Positions 43,624-48,457 of a DNA stretch of 48,457 nt are shown here, in pieces; within the stretch, counting starts at the first letter, position 1, and each line of letters starts with the position of its first letter. Origin of the DNA: Candidatus Limnocylindrus sp. Its GTDB lineage: Bacteria; Chloroflexota; Limnocylindria; Limnocylindrales; Limnocylindraceae. Both the position numbers and the translations under genes were made by a program. Location of the stretch: positions 759 to 49,215 of the forward strand of contig JBBAWP010000003.1 of the NCBI GenBank assembly GCA_040397155.1, given 5' to 3'. The notes under the pieces were generated by a model, which worked only from the letters and a program-made list of their open reading frames with translations, did no database searches and was not told where the DNA came from.

Positions 43624-45279
43624 TCACGGAGCCGCGAGGCGGAAAGATAGCACATCCCGAAGGTGGGTCTCAGGCTCGCGCACGAGGAGCGGGGCGAGGC
43701 CAGTGAGGCGCGAGGCGACCAGCAGCTCTTCTGCCTTGAACCGAATGGGGAGCAGGTAGTTGTTCGCCGCGCACCAGCGCTGGACTGCAGCGAGTGCCTT
43801 GACTCGCGCCTCTCTCTCTGCAGGCTTGCGTGCCTCATTGAGGAGCGCATCGAGCTCTTTAAGCTGGATTCCGACCACATTTCCCCCGCTCAGCACCGCA
43901 GCAGAGCCGAGAAGCGGATAGAGGTCGGGATCAATCCCAACGTCCACATTCAGCACTACCAAGTCAAAGTCCCCCGTTGCGAGACGTGAGGTGAGGGTCT
44001 GCGCATCTACCTCCGTGACGATCGTTGGCACTCCGAACGCGATCCATGCTGATGCCGCCTGCGTGGCAACCGCCGTATCTTCTGGATATGGGCCAGATGG
44101 GAGCGTGAGGATCTCAAGGCTTACCGGCTTCTTCTCCGCATCAACCCACACGCCGTCCTTGAACTTCCACTTCGCACCTTCAAACTGCTTCTTTGCATAC
44201 TCGGCCCCACGAACTGGGAGCGGCACTTCGGACCAGCCCCACGAAAGTGGAGAGACTGGTGCGGCGACTTCGCGGCCTCCATACGCACTGGTGATTGCCG
44301 ACGGGTCAAGCAGTGCGCGGAGTCCGAGGCGCAACTTTGGATGTCGCAGCACGGTTCGTGGGCGCAGGTTAACAGCGATCCCATTGAAGGTGGTGGAGCC
44401 TAGCTCGATGGTGCGACCAGCATCCGCGAGCGCGACCTGCGTCGCCTCTCGTGCGAGTCCAACGAGTGAATCAAGTTCTTCTGCGCGCCATGCGTTGAGC
44501 CCCTCCTCTTCCGTGCCGAAGAAGCGGAGTGCGACCGATTCAACGGGGAGGCCAGTTGCCCCCTCTCGCATGAGTGAGCGAGCCGCAAGATCTCCGGCGA
44601 GAAGGTCACCACGCACTTGAAGTGCGGCCGCCCCTCCATCCATCGCGACAACCTTGAATGGGCCGCTCCCCATTGGGGTTGCGGCCGCCTCAAGTTGCGG
44701 AATGTCCCGTGCAGCAGTTCCACTGAAGAGGTGTGCTGGAAGAAGTGGGAGCGTGCCGAGCAGCGCAGGAAGGTTCGCCAATGCCCGTGGCGCACGAACC
44801 ACAAGATCTCCGGTGGTCTCACTCACCTCAACGGTGAGTGCCTCCCAGTAACCGCCATCAAGTCGAAGTTCGCCGGCTAGGCCAACGGTCAGCTGCGCAT
44901 CGGCGGCGGTGATTGGTGTGCCGTCCTCCCATCGCGCCGTGGGGTCAAGGACGAACGTCCAGGCGAGCCCGTCCTCGCTGACACTCCATGCGGTTGCCAG
45001 ATCTGCCGTTGGATATCCGCTCGTGTCGAGTCGGGTCAGTCCGCGGTAGGTGAGCGCAACAATCGCGCGATCGGCGCCTGTAGACGCAAAGAGTGGAAGT
45101 GGCCGCTCAGGAAGGCCGATGACGCCTTCGCGAAGCGTCGTTGGACCACTCGGCAGAGTGATTCCAATTGAGAGCCCACCTCCGGGTCGACCCCCTCCAA
45201 TGACCCCCGCTTGTGCCAACGCGCTCGCCAGCGCCACGGTAAAGAAGAGAAAGATCGCGATGCGTCGCAATGGGCTCAT
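43624..45279 (-). CDS. ABC transporter substrate-binding protein, family 5 (peptide/nickel/oligosaccharide type), secreted
   Basis: 551 aa with signal peptide MSPLRRIAIFLFFTVALASALAQA and an overall SBP_bac_5-like sequence. SD AGGAGG upstream. No permease or ATPase genes are adjacent. Confidence 0.78.
   Translation of the reverse strand: MSPLRRIAIFLFFTVALASALAQAGVIGGGRPGGGLSIGITLPSGPTTLREGVIGLPERPLPLFASTGADRAIVALTYRGLTRLDTSGYPTADLATAWSVSEDGLAWTFVLDPTARWEDGTPITAADAQLTVGLAGELRLDGGYWEALTVEVSETTGDLVVRAPRALANLPALLGTLPLLPAHLFSGTAARDIPQLEAAATPMGSGPFKVVAMDGGAAALQVRGDLLAGDLAARSLMREGATGLPVESVALRFFGTEEEGLNAWRAEELDSLVGLAREATQVALADAGRTIELGSTTFNGIAVNLRPRTVLRHPKLRLGLRALLDPSAITSAYGGREVAAPVSPLSWGWSEVPLPVRGAEYAKKQFEGAKWKFKDGVWVDAEKKPVSLEILTLPSGPYPEDTAVATQAASAWIAFGVPTIVTEVDAQTLTSRLATGDFDLVVLNVDVGIDPDLYPLLGSAAVLSGGNVVGIQLKELDALLNEARKPAEREARVKALAAVQRWCAANNYLLPIRFKAEELLVASRLTGLAPLLVREPETHLRDVLSFRLAAP
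43644..43652 (-). promoter_or_regulatory. Candidate extended -10 promoter element TGCTATCTT for the 7-tRNA array, embedded in the SBP coding sequence
   Basis: Minus-strand TGCTATCTT is encoded by the V-L-S codons of the SBP C-terminus (DVLSF). It lies about 43 nt upstream of the tRNA-Leu(CAG) 5' end. Only 22 nt separate the SBP stop from the tRNA. Confidence 0.45.
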
Positions 45280-45324
45280 TGAGGCCTCCTGTCGCGCGCG
45301 TCCATGGGCGAGGTGCCCCCTCGG

Positions 45325-45546
45325 TTAGTTGGACTGGAGATAGCCAACCAGCGAGAAGAGCACGAAGAGAATCGTGAGCAACACGGTAAACCGCATCAAC
45401 TGTCGCTCTACTCCTCGGCGTGATCGGTAGACGCTTGAATCGCCACCGAACGCAGAGCTGAGGCCAATGCCTCGCGCCTGCATCAGGATTGCCACGATCA
45501 AGAAGATGCTCACGATGATCTGGCCAATGGCGAGGATGGGGTTCAT
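45325..45546 (-). CDS. secG: Preprotein translocase subunit SecG
   Basis: 73 aa, two TM helices, and the LMQARGIGLSSAFGG motif typical of SecG. SD GGAGG upstream. Confidence 0.85.
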   Translation of the reverse strand: MNPILAIGQIIVSIFLIVAILMQARGIGLSSAFGGDSSVYRSRRGVERQLMRFTVLLTILFVLFSLVGYLQSN

Positions 45547-45586
45547 GGATACCTCCGATGCATGCGCGGCAATCCCGCGTGCTGCG

Positions 45587-45595
45587 ATTGTAGCA
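45587..45595 (-). promoter_or_regulatory. Candidate extended -10 promoter element TGCTACAAT for secG
   Basis: Minus-strand TGCTACAAT lies 10 nt after the gpmI TAA and about 40 nt upstream of the secG ATG. Confidence 0.5.
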
Positions 45596-45604
45596 CCCCT
45601 CCCC

Positions 45605-47143
45605 TTACGCCTGAACGAGCAGCGATCGGCCCGTCATCGTGGGGGGAAGCACGAGTCCGGTGAGGGCACCGATCGTCGGCGCAACATCTTCGAGCGCACC
45701 GTCGATGAGCCGATATCCGGCAATCCGATCACCTGTGATCAGGATGGGGACACGGGCAAGGGTGTGACTGGTCACCGGTTCTCCTGCCGCTGTCACCATC
45801 CTCTCTGCATTCCCGTGATCTGCGGTAACCACGAGTGTTGCACCGGCCCGCGCGCGTACCGCCTCTGCGATCTTTCCCAGGGCGTGGTCTACCGCTTCAC
45901 AGGCACGGACCGTGGCGCTGAAGTCACCCGTGTGTCCAACCATGTCTGGGTTTGCAAGGTTGGCAAGGATGAACGCCTCACTCCCCTCTGCGAGCGCCGC
46001 AACCACCGCATCCGCAATCTCCGCTGCTCGCATCTCAGGTGCGCGATCGTACGTTGCTACGGGGAGGCTCGAGATCAGCATGCGTCGTTCACCAGGGAGA
46101 GCCGCTTCATGTCCACCATTGAAGAAGTACGTCACATGCGCGTACTTCTCCGTCTCCGCCACATGGAACTGCTTCAGACCCGCGTCAGCAATCGCTGAGG
46201 CGAGTGAGGGTACCTGCGCTGGCCCAAAAAGTGCAGGGGTCGCCGCCTCCTCGCCGTAGGAGCTCATCCCCCAAACTGGAACGGGGAGCATCGAGGGACG
46301 CTCAAAGTGCGAGAAGTTCGGCGCGCTCAGCGCGGCCACAAGTTGTCGCGCCCGATCTGCACGGAAATTCGCGTGAATCAGCACATCTCCTGGTCGGATC
46401 GCGGTCTCCTGGCCCTCAAGAGTCACCGTTGGAACGACAAACTCGTCACTCTCACCGCGCGCATACCCCTGCTCGATCGCTTCACGCGCGCTCTCTGCGC
46501 GCAGTCCATCCGCAGCAGCGATCGCTGCAACGGCGAGTGCGGTTCTCTCCCAGCGCTGATCGCGATCCATTGCAAAGTAGCGCCCGGAGACCGAAGCGAT
46601 CTTCGCCTGAGGGGCGAAGCGTGCGAGACGCGCTTCTAGGTCGGCGAGATAGCCGAGGGCGGAGCGTGGCGGCGTATCTCGACCATCAAGGAAGAGGTGG
46701 AGATAGACGGAGCGCACACCACTCGCCTCAGCGGCGGCGGCGGCGAGTGCAACAAGGTGCTCATCGTGCGCATGCACACCACCTGGTCCCAGGAGGCTGC
46801 AGAGATGGAGGCGACCGCCCTCCGCAGCGCGGAGCGCTCGCAGCAGCTCTGGCTGCTTAGAGAAGGTTCCGCTTTCAATTGCTGCACTAATGCGTGGCAA
46901 GTCTTGTGGAACCCGCTGTCCTGATCCAATGTTTAGATGACCGACCTCACTGTTTCCCATCTGCCCTTCAGGGAGCCCGACGGCTGCACCACTTGCATCA
47001 AGTTCGGCGTGTGGCCAGCGAGCGCGCAGATCCTGCCACGCGGGCATCGCCGCAGCGACGATCGCATCTCCTGGTGCCCCTGTTCCAATGCCGAAACCGT
47101 CAATGACGAGGAGGACGAGCGGACGGTCTGCCGCCAGGTTCAT
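45605..47143 (-). CDS. gpmI: 2,3-bisphosphoglycerate-independent phosphoglycerate mutase
   Basis: 512 aa. LLVIDGFGIG, MGNSEVGHLNIGSG and VTADHGNAE motifs. Confidence 0.95.
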   Translation of the reverse strand: MNLAADRPLVLLVIDGFGIGTGAPGDAIVAAAMPAWQDLRARWPHAELDASGAAVGLPEGQMGNSEVGHLNIGSGQRVPQDLPRISAAIESGTFSKQPELLRALRAAEGGRLHLCSLLGPGGVHAHDEHLVALAAAAAEASGVRSVYLHLFLDGRDTPPRSALGYLADLEARLARFAPQAKIASVSGRYFAMDRDQRWERTALAVAAIAAADGLRAESAREAIEQGYARGESDEFVVPTVTLEGQETAIRPGDVLIHANFRADRARQLVAALSAPNFSHFERPSMLPVPVWGMSSYGEEAATPALFGPAQVPSLASAIADAGLKQFHVAETEKYAHVTYFFNGGHEAALPGERRMLISSLPVATYDRAPEMRAAEIADAVVAALAEGSEAFILANLANPDMVGHTGDFSATVRACEAVDHALGKIAEAVRARAGATLVVTADHGNAERMVTAAGEPVTSHTLARVPILITGDRIAGYRLIDGALEDVAPTIGALTGLVLPPTMTGRSLLVQA

Positions 47144-47931
47144 GACGCAGACCCAAGGGCGGCGGCAATGTCGAGCAGGCTCTCACTTGACAGCGACGCG
47201 CCGCCGACCAGCAGGCCATCCATTCGGGATGTACCTACGCCAGCAAAGAAGGGGGCCGCATGGGACGCACGCACACTTCCGCCATACAAGACCTGAACCT
47301 GATCACTACTCCCCTCCCGAATTGCAGCCGCCATCCCTCCTGCAAGTTCAGGGTCGGCGGATGCCCCACTTCCGATCGCCCAGACTGGCTCATATGCAAC
47401 GAGGGCCCCTGCCTTAAGGAGCGCCGTGAGACTGCATCCAGCCTGCGCCGCACTCCCCGCCAGCTCGTCCCACTGCGCACGCACTTCGGCGTAGCGCTGC
47501 TCTGGCGCTGCCTCTCTGGCTGTGTCGCCAACACAGATGATCGGCCTCAGCCCCGCGGCAACCGCTCGAGCGACCTTCTGTCCAATCTGCGCACTGGTCT
47601 CGCCAAGGTTGCGCCGCTCTGAGTGTCCGAGAATCACCGCGCCTGCAATGCCGAGAAGGTGCGTTGCAGGAGTTTCTCCCGTGTACGCTCCTGGTTCCAG
47701 CGCCGACACATCTTGAGCGGCAACGCCGATCTGCAGCGACGCGTGCTCCCTCTGCAGGAGTGAGGCGACAGGTACCAGGCCGAGCGCGGAGGGGGCAATG
47801 ATCAGACTCCCCGGCAGGAGCCCCCTACGCCGAGCATCGTTGGCGATCACTCCCGCCAGGAGAACCTCCTCGCCAGGAGGAAGGTTCGCCTTCCAGTTCG
47901 CAACGAGGAGCGGTAGCGCACGGTTCGTCAT
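47140..47931 (-). CDS. tpiA: Triosephosphate isomerase
   Basis: Start at ATG 47931 (MTNRALPLLVANWKAN). ILGHSERR and AYEPVWAIGSG motifs. Confidence 0.93.
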   Translation of the reverse strand: MTNRALPLLVANWKANLPPGEEVLLAGVIANDARRRGLLPGSLIIAPSALGLVPVASLLQREHASLQIGVAAQDVSALEPGAYTGETPATHLLGIAGAVILGHSERRNLGETSAQIGQKVARAVAAGLRPIICVGDTAREAAPEQRYAEVRAQWDELAGSAAQAGCSLTALLKAGALVAYEPVWAIGSGASADPELAGGMAAAIREGSSDQVQVLYGGSVRASHAAPFFAGVGTSRMDGLLVGGASLSSESLLDIAAALGSAS

Positions 47932-47938
47932 ACGGAGA

Positions 47939-48457
47939 TCATGGCAGAACGCGTGGTGGAAGTGCCGCCGCCTGACGCTCAAGGGAGCTAAGGCTGCGCT
48001 GCACGGCGCTGCGCGTCAGGCGAAGTCGCTCCCCAAGCTCTGCGATCGTTGCGTCGGGGTGCGCACGCCGAGCCTCAGCAACGCGTCGCGTTGGCCCGCT
48101 CGCATCAAGCGCTCCGGCATCGTCCAGTCTTCGAATCGCCTCAGCCTGCCGCATCCCCGCACGGACGGTTCGCTGCAGATTCGCCGTCTCCGCATTGATG
48201 CTTCGATTCAACTCACCGCGCACTTCGCGCAGCACGCCGCGTGCCTCCATCTCTGCAACGGAACTCCCCGCACCGAGTCGTCGCAAGAGATCAAAGATCT
48301 CAGCGTGGCTCTTCCACACGATCACTCCACGTCCACGACGAACACGAAGGCTCCCTGGGAGTCCCGCCTGCGAGAAGGCGTGCAGAAGTAGCGTCGCCTC
48401 GTTTTGCGCGAGCACCACCTCCAAATGGATTCGCCCAGTTGCAAGGGAGAGCGAGCC
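47939..48457 (-). CDS. whiA: DNA-binding protein WhiA (C-terminal part; N-terminus lies beyond the window edge)
   Basis: The frame stays open to the window end. C-terminal HTH region (HPDATIAELGERLRLTRSAVQRSLSSLERQ) follows a LAGLIDADG-like middle domain. Confidence 0.85.
   Translation of the reverse strand, partial: GSLSLATGRIHLEVVLAQNEATLLLHAFSQAGLPGSLRVRRGRGVIVWKSHAEIFDLLRRLGAGSSVAEMEARGVLREVRGELNRSINAETANLQRTVRAGMRQAEAIRRLDDAGALDASGPTRRVAEARRAHPDATIAELGERLRLTRSAVQRSLSSLERQAAALPPRVLP

Noticed and set aside
42746-43880. ORFs of 85-146 aa on both strands overlapping the tRNA array
   Set aside because: The region folds into seven canonical tRNAs with encoded CCA, so the ORFs are incidental.
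1-48457. Searched for a novel defence, toxin, mobile or biosynthetic system as prompted
   Set aside because: Every ORF longer than about 70 aa that is not an antisense artefact has a confident core-function assignment. There are no integrases, transposases, repeat arrays, orphan nucleases or ATPases, or unassigned gene blocks, so claiming a new system would be unsupported.

Overview
High-GC (about 60-65% by eye), very gene-dense window: about 50 CDS plus 7 tRNAs, roughly 95% coding, almost all on the minus strand. It is a core housekeeping segment that joins the classical Terrabacteria translation, envelope and replication clusters. In coordinate order these are rseP-dxr-cdsA-uppS-frr-pyrH-tsf-rpsB, then yraN-rnhB-rplS-trmD-rimM-KH-rpsP-ffh, then an MFS gene on the plus strand. 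Next come ftsY-smc-rnc-acpP-nusB-plsX-rpmF-yceD-coaD-rsmD-recG-yloV, rpmB (+), and rpe-rlmN-fmt-def-priA-gmk-rluD-lspA-ileS. The window ends with an LCP gene (+), ilvE-tauE-rpsR-ssb-rpsF, a 7-tRNA array (Leu-Leu-Val-Phe-Gly-Gln-Cys, all with encoded CCA), an orphan solute-binding protein, and secG-gpmI-tpiA-whiA (whiA truncated by the window edge). Most junctions are 1-4 nt stop/start overlaps. I found no mobile element, CRISPR array, toxin or defence gene, or unassigned multi-gene block. Every sizeable ORF has a confident housekeeping assignment, so I do not claim a novel system here. The points worth a second look are architectural and of modest interest. (1) rimM, and possibly fmt, have conserved N-termini with no ATG/GTG/TTG at the expected position, and a CTG sits just after the upstream stop codon. 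(2) Long acidic Ala/Glu/Pro/Val tails extend ribosomal proteins L19, S16, S2 and S6. (3) The three plus-strand genes are wedged in with essentially no intergenic DNA, including an MFS gene between ftsY and ffh. (4) An extended -10 motif, TGCTAYNNT, recurs at five predicted operon starts, one of them inside the 3' end of the SBP gene driving the tRNA array. (5) Several small leader hairpins and departures from expected gene order are noted. Start codons for several genes were moved inward from the longest ORF, based on conserved N-termini and stop/start coupling.
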